Positions 38,318 through 47,269 of a DNA stretch of 64,000 nt are shown here, piece by piece. Numbering within the stretch: position 1 is the first letter of the stretch; each line of letters opens with the position of its first letter. The notes beneath the pieces are model-generated. The model made no database searches. It saw only the letters and a list, made by a program, of their open reading frames with translations, and was not told the DNA's origin. Source of the stretch: Nitrospirae bacterium UBA2233 (GTDB lineage Bacteria > UBA2233). The DNA lies in contig DDYN01000013.1 in assembly GCA_002347965.1 (NCBI GenBank), positions 18,674-82,673 of the forward strand, given 5' to 3'. A program made the translations under genes and the position numbers.

Positions 38318-39747
38318 GCCTTCTCCCTCGCTAACGCGTCCAAAATTCGTTCTTTGAACGCTTGGGTATCCGCATTCGACAAAAGGACGAGAACAAATGG
38401 GCTTCCTAAAGAAGGCGTAAGCGTTTTTTCAACAAGCCGGCCTGTATCCGGTTCGATGCAAGCCTTGACCCCGCGGGTTTGGAGCGTTTGGACAACTCCT
38501 TGTGGGTCTATTCGCTCGTCTTCCGGAACAGCGTCCAGACGGTCTGGAGGACGAAGAAAGACCGCGTCGGCCAAGCATAAGGCATCTATCAGCGCTCCTT
38601 GAAGAATGCGCCTTCGCATCGTGTTGGACCTCGGCTCGAAAATAACCCGAACCTCCCTGTTAGGGTAAGAATCCCTGATTGCCGTCAATACGGCCCGAAC
38701 TGCCGTAGGATGGTGGGCGAAATCCTCGATCACGGTCGCATGGCCTGTTTCCGCCAAAATTTCAACCCTTCGCCGAACGCCATGAAAAGCCTGAAGGCTC
38801 TGGGCTGCGGACCGAACCTCAGCACCGAGGAGCAAGGAGACCCCAAAGGCGGCCGTCAAGTTGCGGGCGTTGAACATCCCCCTAAGCGGCGTCTCGATGG
38901 ACACCTCTTGGCCGAGGGTCCCGCCAACAACGCGAAAGCATGCACCGTCGCCGGTATGGCGAAAGTCGCGGATGGAAAACGCGTCGTTCTGGCAATCCCC
39001 AAAGGTATACATCCTGCCTCGAAAGCCCTCCAAGAGGCCGTGTAACCCTTGAATTTCCGAGGAGGCAAGGAGAAACCCTTCGGGGGGAACCAGGCTTGCG
39101 AGGAATCGGAATGCGTCGCGAACGTGCCCCAAGTCTCTGTAGATGTCCGCATGGTCGAACTCGACATGCGTAAACACGAGCCCAAAGGGCGCGTAATGGA
39201 ATGCCTTGGGATGCTTGTCAAAGCAAGCCGTATCGTACTCGTCGCCTTCAAGCACGCAAAACGGCCCCTGCCCTATGCGATACCCCTGCTTTGTGTCGCG
39301 CGGAATCCCGCCGATAAAGTACGAAGGGTCAAGGCCGGCCTCAAAAAGGTTCCAGGCAATCGCCGAAGAAGTGGTCGTCTTTCCGTGGGTCCCCGCCACA
39401 ACCACGGCTCGCTTGTCTTGAATGAGGAACATCCTGAGCACTTCTGGGAGCGAAAACACGGGGGCATTGGCCAGGAGCAGCGCGTCAAGCTCCTGGTTTC
39501 CGTAAGAAACGGCATTCCCTACGACAAAGAAGTCTGTCTTGCCTGTTTGCGATGCGACCTTCCCCGCGTCGTATCCGACTCTGTAAGGAATACCCTTCTC
39601 CTCCAGAAGGTCCCTTGCCGGAGGATACACGCCCTTGTCCGAGCCAGCCACCTCAAAGCCTAGATCTTTGAGTATACAGGCCAAGTTAGCCATGGCGATC
39701 CCCCCGATGCCCAAGATGTAACAGCGGCCGGGAGGTTTTAATCTCAC
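38314..39747 (-). CDS. mpl: UDP-N-acetylmuramate:L-alanyl-gamma-D-glutamyl-meso-DAP ligase (murein peptide ligase)
   Basis: MurC/Mpl N-terminus ILGIGGIAMANLA and a Mur ligase central GTHGKTTT motif. GTG start overlaps the upstream stop (GTGA). Confidence 0.8.
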   Translation of the reverse strand: MRLKPPGRCYILGIGGIAMANLACILKDLGFEVAGSDKGVYPPARDLLEEKGIPYRVGYDAGKVASQTGKTDFFVVGNAVSYGNQELDALLLANAPVFSLPEVLRMFLIQDKRAVVVAGTHGKTTTSSAIAWNLFEAGLDPSYFIGGIPRDTKQGYRIGQGPFCVLEGDEYDTACFDKHPKAFHYAPFGLVFTHVEFDHADIYRDLGHVRDAFRFLASLVPPEGFLLASSEIQGLHGLLEGFRGRMYTFGDCQNDAFSIRDFRHTGDGACFRVVGGTLGQEVSIETPLRGMFNARNLTAAFGVSLLLGAEVRSAAQSLQAFHGVRRRVEILAETGHATVIEDFAHHPTAVRAVLTAIRDSYPNREVRVIFEPRSNTMRRRILQGALIDALCLADAVFLRPPDRLDAVPEDERIDPQGVVQTLQTRGVKACIEPDTGRLVEKTLTPSLGSPFVLVLLSNADTQAFKERILDALAREKA

Positions 39748-40241
39748 GGCGCTAGCACCCCGAACCGCTCGACGCGAAGCGTATCCCCGACCACGCTTCC
39801 TGTAACCCATAGCGTAGCCCCGGGCTTTGGAAGGGCCTCTTCCCTGAGTCCTCCAACATCCAGCTCAAGCGCTCGGCCTTCGCCGCTCTCAAGGCGAAAC
39901 CTGCCGTCTTCTTTGCGGAGAACCCCCACGAAAGGCCGCTTCCCCGAAATCGACAGGATCGTGTAGTTGCGGACATCGACTTCCGGGTAGGGAACAGACG
40001 GACGAAGCTCCCCCTCTAGCAAGACATGCGCGCCCGGAAGGCCAACGAGCCCCTTCTCCATCTTTCCGGAGAGCCTGACGTGAGTTCCGTCTTCGGTTCG
40101 AAGGAGGCAGACCGCCCTCCCTTTTTCCTCGATGGCGACAAGGGTTCCCGACGAACGGAACACACGTGAAGACTCGCAGCCCAGTGTCAGCAAAGCCATG
40201 CACGACAACAGTCCACACACCCGAGCGAACCTATTTAACAC
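39744..40241 (-). CDS. Hypothetical lipoprotein (~165 aa)
   Basis: A GTG start gives a signal peptide MLNRFARVCGLLSCMALLTLGC with lipobox LTLGC. It lies 8 nt after the stop of the upstream HEXXH gene. Confidence 0.5.
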   Translation of the reverse strand: MLNRFARVCGLLSCMALLTLGCESSRVFRSSGTLVAIEEKGRAVCLLRTEDGTHVRLSGKMEKGLVGLPGAHVLLEGELRPSVPYPEVDVRNYTILSISGKRPFVGVLRKEDGRFRLESGEGRALELDVGGLREEALPKPGATLWVTGSVVGDTLRVERFGVLAP

Positions 40242-42330
40242 GAACGACCGTAACGCCCAAAGGATAGGGCGTTTCCGTGGAAAAGACCACGTTTCGTTCC
40301 TTTGGGCCGTTCGTCGAGACAAGCTCGAAAAACGAAGCGCCTGCCGTTGGGATCACGTTGGCTACGGCTGGAAGCCTCAAGGGCAAGACCGACCCGAAAG
40401 GAACCCACGCTATCGGGTTGTCCCAGTCGAGGGCTGGAGTGCTCGCCGGGATGGACTCAAGCCTTTTAATGTAAGGCCCCGTAAAATATACCCGCCCAAA
40501 CCCGCCAAAGTCTTCATTTCCCGTATCGTTCGGCCCGTAGATTCTGATGCCTACCTCCTGGCCGCTCAAGGGGTCTCTTACGGGCTCTTTGTAATGGTAG
40601 GCTTCCCCCTTGAACCTTTGAACACCCTCCAGCACAAGCGTGGCGTACCAATCCTTCATAAGGTCCGCAAAAGGCCTGTTCGAAGCCTGTTCGATCGCCC
40701 GCATTTCCTTGTTTAGGCCGGAGTAAGAGAACACCCGGTAGAGCCAGGCTATTCCCCCGTTATCGTTGAGAGCTCCGCTCCTTGAAATGCTGGCTCCGCC
40801 AGCCCGGTCGAACAAGTAGCGTAAAAATAAATACCCCAGCCCACGCCTGTAAGGCGAGTCCCCTCCGCCTTCATCGCCAAGATCGTAGCTCACGAACACG
40901 TCCTTGCCAGTCAAGGAAAGGTTTGGAAAGGCCGTCAGGGCGAACAGCGCAAGCTGCTTGGGGCCGGAGGGCTCGGAGCCGTACCCGGAGAGATCCTCGG
41001 CCAGGTACGCCAATGCTTCCGTAAACCAGGTTACGGGTGTGCTCGCAAGCTCCCTGCGCGCGCTCGGTTCTACGATACGGTTGCCGAAGTAGATGAGATG
41101 GGCAAGCTCGTGCGCCATCGTCGCCAGAAGAATCCCGTTTTGACCAGCATCCTCCGGGACGAACGCATAAAACACCTCCCCCTCGTTGCTGAAAGGGTTG
41201 AGGCTTTCTTCCGGCGCGTCAGAATCGGCCATGTTGGGGAACAAATCGGTCATGATTGTAAACCCCGAGGCCTGCGTGCCGTTCAACACGGGCGTCAGGA
41301 ACACAATGACCTTACCGTTTCCGTCTACGTCCGTAGGCGCCCCGATAACCTGCATATCCCGCGGAACAATCGTCTCGTTGGCGACACGAACGAGCGCATT
41401 GAGCGCATCGTCCGAAAATCCTTGGGCTTCGGCATCAAGATATAGGTCTACATAGCTTCCTTGGGAAATACGCCTTGCCGGCCGCTCAAGCGCGCTACGG
41501 CCTCCCGACTGGATCACGCCGTTTTGCCATTTTGGGTCCAGGTCAAGCCCCGTCACATCCACGTAGAACGTCCGCATGTCGCCATCTCGTGCCGAAGGCA
41601 ATGAGGGCTCCTGAGAGGGGGATGTCTGCATGGCCCCTTCCGACTGCTCCTGGTTCTTAATAGGGGCAACCTGCAGTGACAACCCATCAGGGGTGGGTGC
41701 TTGTCGCCCAGGCTCGGTTAGAGCAGGGGCAGTCTCCTGCGCAGACTGAGCAGGCGGCTTGACGGCAGCCTGCGGGGCGACTGGAACCGCCACGGGAATC
41801 AAGATGGGGGGAACGGCTAAGCTCACGTGGGCCTGTGCAAGCGGTCCAATGTCCGCGTTAAACAACCGGGCGAGGGCCTTCTGCCTTGACCGGTCGAAAA
41901 GAATCCTCGCCGAGCCGGAGGCAATCGTTTCCTGCTGCGTTTCCATGGCAAACGGGTTTACCGACATGGGGTTCTGCCAGTCGTGCACGCCCGAGGGCCT
42001 CGACAAAAGAAAGCGGAAGCTGTGCCCTTGAAGCTTCAGCTGGTAGGTTGGATCGCCCAAATTGGCGTTGGCCGGGTTTGGGACGGGCGTCACGTAGCTT
42101 GCAAGCCCTTGGGATTTGTCGACATCCGGAAAATACGGGTCGGCGTGTACGATGACCACGTACGCCTCTTCCCCTTTTGGCTCCGGAAAAACCAACGAGG
42201 CTGACCCGGAGGGCGTAGGGACGTTGTAGGACTCTCCCGCGCTTTGATTGATTCGGTAGGTCAACCCAAACACGTGCATCGGGAAAAGCAGCAGAAGCCC
42301 AAGGAAACCCATTGATCTAAACAAGGTCAT
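40231..42330 (-). CDS. Secreted putative zinc metallopeptidase (HEXXH + downstream Glu, gluzincin-like), 699 aa with a Pro/Ala-rich linker
   Basis: Signal peptide. HELAH, then about 20 aa further on TEALAYLAED. Strong AGGAGGAGG RBS. Paralogous to the adjacent 515-aa ORF. Confidence 0.6.
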   Translation of the reverse strand: MTLFRSMGFLGLLLLFPMHVFGLTYRINQSAGESYNVPTPSGSASLVFPEPKGEEAYVVIVHADPYFPDVDKSQGLASYVTPVPNPANANLGDPTYQLKLQGHSFRFLLSRPSGVHDWQNPMSVNPFAMETQQETIASGSARILFDRSRQKALARLFNADIGPLAQAHVSLAVPPILIPVAVPVAPQAAVKPPAQSAQETAPALTEPGRQAPTPDGLSLQVAPIKNQEQSEGAMQTSPSQEPSLPSARDGDMRTFYVDVTGLDLDPKWQNGVIQSGGRSALERPARRISQGSYVDLYLDAEAQGFSDDALNALVRVANETIVPRDMQVIGAPTDVDGNGKVIVFLTPVLNGTQASGFTIMTDLFPNMADSDAPEESLNPFSNEGEVFYAFVPEDAGQNGILLATMAHELAHLIYFGNRIVEPSARRELASTPVTWFTEALAYLAEDLSGYGSEPSGPKQLALFALTAFPNLSLTGKDVFVSYDLGDEGGGDSPYRRGLGYLFLRYLFDRAGGASISRSGALNDNGGIAWLYRVFSYSGLNKEMRAIEQASNRPFADLMKDWYATLVLEGVQRFKGEAYHYKEPVRDPLSGQEVGIRIYGPNDTGNEDFGGFGRVYFTGPYIKRLESIPASTPALDWDNPIAWVPFGSVLPLRLPAVANVIPTAGASFFELVSTNGPKERNVVFSTETPYPLGVTVVRVK

Positions 42331-42347
42331 ACGCCTCCTCCTAAGGG

Positions 42348-43895
42348 CTACGGGACAAGGTAAACCGCAAGCAAGCCAGAGTCGCCTCGAAACGTGACGT
42401 CTACGTAGACCGAGGAAGAAGCAGTCGGGTTAAAAAACCGTGCGCTGCCCCCTTGAACCGTCCAGCTTCCAGACGGGTCCGGCTCGAACGCTGGCCCATT
42501 GAACGGAATCGTAACCATGTTCCCCTTGCAGTTATCGCAGTTAACCGATCTATTCCCTCTAAGCGCAATACCCACGGTCTGGCCAGTAACGGCGTCTTTT
42601 TTGGGCGGGTCGTAACGGAACCCTTGCTCTTCAAGGCCAAGCATCCCGTCGGCTATGAGCGTGGCAACCCAGTTCACGAACAACTCCTTAAACGGCCTAC
42701 CTGTTGCCTTCTCGAGGTTAGCCCTTCCTGAGAGCCCGCTCGATAAAAGTTTACGGGTAAACGTTGCACCTCCTTTATCCACAAGATTTCCCGTAGTGTC
42801 AAACCCGGCAGCCCCTCCTGCCTGCTCGAACAGGTAGCGAAGGAACAAGTAGGCTGCCCCGCGCTGGGCAGCCGTGTCGGTATTTCCGCCAGCATCCGGC
42901 CCTGTCAAGGAGGCATCGGGGGCGGATTGGAGGTATTCGAACGACATGGCGGGCGGTCCGTTACTATCATCGCCAAGCCCGCAGTTGTCCTCGGCCATGT
43001 ATGAAAGCCCCTCGTTAAGCCAGACTTCCTCCGGTACGGCGTTCGGGATTTCATAAATACGTCTGGAGAAATTAATCAGATGCTGGTATTCGTGCGCAAT
43101 CGTGGCGTACAGCAAATTCCTAGAAACCCGGCCGGCAACAGGAGTCGCGTAGATGATCTCCTGCTGGTTGCTGGATGGGTTTGAAAAGATTCGCCTAGGA
43201 AAGAGGTCGGCCGCACTGAAGAACCCCACGGCACCGCTGTTTTTGAACCGATCGCTCAAAAGTACGCTGAAGCGAGCATCCCCGTTGATGTCCGATTCCT
43301 GGCCGAATAGAAGCCTGTCCCTGGGTACGATGAGATCGTCTATCCTACGAACAAGCTCGGGGACAAGCCCGGGCTCTACAGAGATACCTTCTTCTTGGTA
43401 TACGTTGGCGTACTTGGTTTGCTCGATCAGCTTCGCTTGAATAACCATTACACCCTTGCCCGGTACAAGGCCCGTCAGGTCAAGATAGAAAGGGGTCGTG
43501 CCCGGGCTTGAGCCGGAAGCCATGGGCATGGCCTGGGTCTTGCGCTGCCTTTGAAATCGCTCGAGCCCTAGGACTTGCCATTCCCGCTGCCTTAAAACGG
43601 ATTCGAACTCACCCATCCTTGGGTCGCGAGGCAAATCAACCGGAAAAGAAAGCCCCAGCATCTTGACCAAGGGGCGCATGGCGGGAATTTCCGCGTTAAA
43701 CACGGTCGTCCCGATACCATCGGGCGAGGCCACTGCGAAGGCCTTAAAATCCGCCCCGGAAAGCGGCACCTTGACCGTACCCTTGGCCTGGAGCGTCCTG
43801 AGCTCTAGCGCCCGCCCTGTCAGCGGGGTTACAAGCGAAAGCAGGCAGCAAGCCAAGAAAAAACGCTTGAGAAACCCTATTTTTTGGGATTCCAC
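42348..43895 (-). CDS. Secreted putative zinc metallopeptidase (HEXXH + Glu, gluzincin-like), 515 aa; paralog of 40231..42330
   Basis: Signal peptide. HEYQH...NEGLSYMAED, plus blocks shared with the paralog (IVPRD, DLFP, YLFLRYLF-x-AGG). Confidence 0.6.
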   Translation of the reverse strand: MESQKIGFLKRFFLACCLLSLVTPLTGRALELRTLQAKGTVKVPLSGADFKAFAVASPDGIGTTVFNAEIPAMRPLVKMLGLSFPVDLPRDPRMGEFESVLRQREWQVLGLERFQRQRKTQAMPMASGSSPGTTPFYLDLTGLVPGKGVMVIQAKLIEQTKYANVYQEEGISVEPGLVPELVRRIDDLIVPRDRLLFGQESDINGDARFSVLLSDRFKNSGAVGFFSAADLFPRRIFSNPSSNQQEIIYATPVAGRVSRNLLYATIAHEYQHLINFSRRIYEIPNAVPEEVWLNEGLSYMAEDNCGLGDDSNGPPAMSFEYLQSAPDASLTGPDAGGNTDTAAQRGAAYLFLRYLFEQAGGAAGFDTTGNLVDKGGATFTRKLLSSGLSGRANLEKATGRPFKELFVNWVATLIADGMLGLEEQGFRYDPPKKDAVTGQTVGIALRGNRSVNCDNCKGNMVTIPFNGPAFEPDPSGSWTVQGGSARFFNPTASSSVYVDVTFRGDSGLLAVYLVP

Positions 43896-44275
43896 GATCC
43901 TTTCCTTTCGACCGTAACCCGAATTATCGTCTCGTTTTCGCCGGCGGCGAGCGAAATGCTTCCCCGCGCCTTGAGCGGCAGGTTTGCTATAAGGTAGGTA
44001 ATCGTCGCGTCATCGATGTCCCTCCTTCCGATTTCCCAACCGGCCCTGGAAAGCTCTTTTTGATAAAAAGCATCGACTTTGGCGAGGTCGTCCCCCGTTT
44101 TAAGGTCAGCAGAGAAAACCTCGAGCGTTTTCGCCTCTTGCGTCCGTACAACCTTTGCTTGAGGATACACGGGGATGGTGCTTGGATAGGCCTTCGGAAA
44201 CGTAAGTCCCAAGCACATTGCAAGCAGCATCAACCCCGTACCGAGCGTTGCACATTGAACTGGTCGAAATTTCAT
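43877..44275 (-). CDS. Hypothetical small lipoprotein (132 aa)
   Basis: ATG at 44275 with a GGAGGAAAGG RBS. Lipobox LAMC. The 3' end overlaps the GTG start of the downstream HEXXH gene. Confidence 0.55.
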   Translation of the reverse strand: MKFRPVQCATLGTGLMLLAMCLGLTFPKAYPSTIPVYPQAKVVRTQEAKTLEVFSADLKTGDDLAKVDAFYQKELSRAGWEIGRRDIDDATITYLIANLPLKARGSISLAAGENETIIRVTVERKGSWNPKK

Positions 44276-44385
44276 TGCCTTTCCTCCGTTTGGATAGGAC
44301 ATAAAGATTGCTGCCAACAAGACGTTCCCCTATAATGAAAAACAAACATCGCATGAACCCTAGATAAGCCTTCAGAATTTAAAGC

Positions 44386-45918
44386 ATGCTTACCCAACGT
44401 TCGCTCGCAAGGCAAGCTCTTACCGTCTCGCTCATGACGTTCCTGAGCCGTGTTTCAGGGGCCGCGAGGGACATGCTCACGGCCTACGCCTTCAGCCCAT
44501 GGGTTACAGACGCGTTTTTCCTGGCCTTTCGCATTCCCAACGTCTTTCGACAGCTACTGGCGGAAGGGGCCATGAACGCCGGGTTTGTCCCCGTCCTGGC
44601 CCAGGAAAAGTCCAGGGGAACACCCGATCATTATGGAGCATTTCTACGGGCAAGTCTAGGCGCCCTTCTGGCGGTGCTTATCGCGACCTGCCTGATGGGC
44701 ATTGTTTCTGCGCCATGGATTATCCGCCTGTTTGCACCCGGGTTTTCTAGCGACCCCTCGCAACTCCGGCTGGCTAGCAGGCTGCTTGCGCTTTGCTTCC
44801 CGTACCTTTTCCTTATTGGCCTGTGCGCGTTCTTTGCCGGCATCCTCAACGTCGAGGGTTCGTTTTGGGGCCCGAGCTTTTCGCCCGTCGCCTTCAACGC
44901 CACGCTATGCTCTGTGATCTTTTTTTCGATGCACATTCGGCCTAACTGGGGCTACAGCCTAGGACTGGGCGTCCTTTTAGGCGGACTGGCCCAGCTTGTT
45001 TTTCACCTGATCCCGCTTAAGGAACGATCGAGGCGCTTAAGGCCCTCCTGGAACCCTGCACACCCTGCCTTGAAACAGATGGCCTTTCTTATCCTTCCGA
45101 CCCTCCCCTCTTTCGGCATGACACAGATAAACATTCTTGTCGACAGCCTATTCGCGACTCTTTTAGGCAAAGGGGCCGTGTCGGCCTTGTACTACGCCGC
45201 AAGATTGCTCGAATTTGCTATAGGGATCGTACCGATCGCGCTTGCCACCGTTACCCTCCCAAGGTTCGCGACACTGATCGCCAAGAACGAAAAAAAGGCC
45301 CTCGAAGCAGGCTTTCAAAAGACGCTCTTCTTGACGCTCTTCTTGACGTTCCCGGCGGCAGTTGGCCTTTTCATCCTTGCTACGCCGATCGTTCGCCTCG
45401 TTTACGAACGCGGGAATTTCCTGCCCGAACTGACGCATTCGACGTCCGCGGCGCTCGTTGGGTTCTCGATCGGGCTGGTTCCTTACGCGTTCATCCGGAT
45501 CTTGGTTAGCACCTTTTACGCCTTTCAGGACACAAAAACGCCGTTGGTTTGGTCCTTTGTGGGGATGTTAGCGAACGTCCTCGGAGATTATTTTTTTCTT
45601 GGGTTCGGAGCCTTCGGCCTGGCGCTGGCCACTTCGCTCTCTGGCTGGATTCAGCTGATCGGGCTTAGCCGCTCACTGAAGGCCTCCCGTCAGCTTGATC
45701 TAGGGCTGCTTCTTTCCGCCCGGGCGCTTAAAGTCTACCTTGCGGGGGTTTCGATGCTAGCCGCCTGGTATTTCCTGGTAAAAGGTTGGCTTCTTGGCCT
45801 TTCGAGTGTTGCTGCGTTTTCCTTCGCCGTTATCGGCGTCATCGCGTTCCTGGCGTTGACGTACTTCAGCGCCTACTTCGGGTTTGGCCTAATAGGCAAA
45901 CTACGCGAGCGTCTTTAG
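44386..45918 (+). CDS. murJ: Lipid II flippase MurJ (MviN)
   Basis: 510 aa, 14-TM MOP family. Conserved N-terminal RDxLxAYAFS and FFLAFRIPN motifs. Confidence 0.9.
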   Translation: MLTQRSLARQALTVSLMTFLSRVSGAARDMLTAYAFSPWVTDAFFLAFRIPNVFRQLLAEGAMNAGFVPVLAQEKSRGTPDHYGAFLRASLGALLAVLIATCLMGIVSAPWIIRLFAPGFSSDPSQLRLASRLLALCFPYLFLIGLCAFFAGILNVEGSFWGPSFSPVAFNATLCSVIFFSMHIRPNWGYSLGLGVLLGGLAQLVFHLIPLKERSRRLRPSWNPAHPALKQMAFLILPTLPSFGMTQINILVDSLFATLLGKGAVSALYYAARLLEFAIGIVPIALATVTLPRFATLIAKNEKKALEAGFQKTLFLTLFLTFPAAVGLFILATPIVRLVYERGNFLPELTHSTSAALVGFSIGLVPYAFIRILVSTFYAFQDTKTPLVWSFVGMLANVLGDYFFLGFGAFGLALATSLSGWIQLIGLSRSLKASRQLDLGLLLSARALKVYLAGVSMLAAWYFLVKGWLLGLSSVAAFSFAVIGVIAFLALTYFSAYFGFGLIGKLRERL

Positions 45919-47256
45919 CCTTCGTGAAAGGTACTCTCTCGAAATCCCTAAAGACCTGGCCGTTTTTGTGATGTTCCCGTCGAACAACTCTAGGCGATCC
46001 AAGATCAGCCGGCTCTCGAAGCGCTTTCTGGCTTGCTCGAGGTTTTCGGCTATCCGCTCCTCGTCCGAGCGGCCCCCTGGAGAGGGTAGAGGCTTTGGGC
46101 GCTCGAATAAATCCAAACAAACCTGCCTCATTAACTCCGTACCGATACGACCGTCCTGGGAAAAGATCAAGAGTCTTTTCGTGACATTCTTGAGTTCCCT
46201 GACATTGCCAGGCCAGGAATATTCCCGAAGAACAGCGAAGATATCCGGGTCGACCTGCCTGACTGGCTTGCCCACTTCCCTTTCCGCCATTTCTAGGAAA
46301 TACCAGAAAAGAATTTCGATATCTCCTTTACGCTCCCTGAGCGGGGGAATCCACAACGGAACAACGTTTAGCCGAAAATAAAGATCCTCCCGGAACTTTC
46401 CCCGATCGACCTGCCCCCCGAGTTCCCGGTTCGTCGCCGTCACCACACGTACGTCAACCGTAAGCAGATCGTTGCCCCCTAAGCGGCTCAAGGTCTTCTC
46501 TTCGATTACCTTTAGCACCTTGGCTTGGGCCGCAAGGCTCAAGTCTGCAACTTCGTCCAAAAATAATATCCCATCGTGGGCCATCTCAAACTTGCCCCTC
46601 TTTTGCTGGTAGGCACCCGAAAAGGCCCCCCGCTCATACCCAAAGAGTTCGGCTTCCAAAAGTTCGTCCGGGATCGCGGCACAGTTCAACTCTACAAAGG
46701 GCCCTTCAACCCTGTCGGAAAGCCTGTGAATCTCCTTGGCAAGCAACCCTTTGCCCGTCCCGCTTTCACCACAAATAAGGACCGTTACGTCTGCCTTGGC
46801 AACGAGAAGTACCTTACTTTTTAGGTTTTTAACCGCCTCCGTCTCTCCTACGAACCCTTCGAGAATGTCCGGGACTTCGCTTTTGAGAGGTTGTCGACTT
46901 CGCACCCTGAGGGCTTTCTTGACGGTACCAAGAAGTTTTTCCAGCGCAACGGGTTTTTCTAGGAAATCGTAAGCACCAAGCTTGATCGCCCGAACCGCGT
47001 CTTCGATCTGGCCATGGCCCGAAATGACTATGACAGGCGGGCGCAACCCATCCTTTAGCGATTCCAGAAAATCCAAGCCATCGCCATCGGGCATTTTGAT
47101 GTCCAATAGAAGAAGGTCCGGGGTTTCTTCATCCAGCAGGGAGCGAGCCTTGTAGAGGCGATCGGCCGTTTGTACAGAATACCCCTCATCCTCCAGGATG
47201 GTCTTGAGAATTTGGCAGATCCCCTCTTCATCGTCAACTACAAATACGCGCGCCAT
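45901..47256 (-). CDS. ntrX: Sigma-54-interacting response regulator (NtrX/NtrC-like: REC + AAA+ + Fis HTH)
   Basis: Receiver domain (VVDDE..D), Walker A GESGTGKG, a GAFSGA variant of GAFTGA, and a C-terminal HTH_8. ATG at 47256. Confidence 0.85.
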   Translation of the reverse strand: MARVFVVDDEEGICQILKTILEDEGYSVQTADRLYKARSLLDEETPDLLLLDIKMPDGDGLDFLESLKDGLRPPVIVISGHGQIEDAVRAIKLGAYDFLEKPVALEKLLGTVKKALRVRSRQPLKSEVPDILEGFVGETEAVKNLKSKVLLVAKADVTVLICGESGTGKGLLAKEIHRLSDRVEGPFVELNCAAIPDELLEAELFGYERGAFSGAYQQKRGKFEMAHDGILFLDEVADLSLAAQAKVLKVIEEKTLSRLGGNDLLTVDVRVVTATNRELGGQVDRGKFREDLYFRLNVVPLWIPPLRERKGDIEILFWYFLEMAEREVGKPVRQVDPDIFAVLREYSWPGNVRELKNVTKRLLIFSQDGRIGTELMRQVCLDLFERPKPLPSPGGRSDEERIAENLEQARKRFESRLILDRLELFDGNITKTARSLGISREYLSRRLKTLA

Positions 47257-47269
47257 ACCCCTGAGTACC

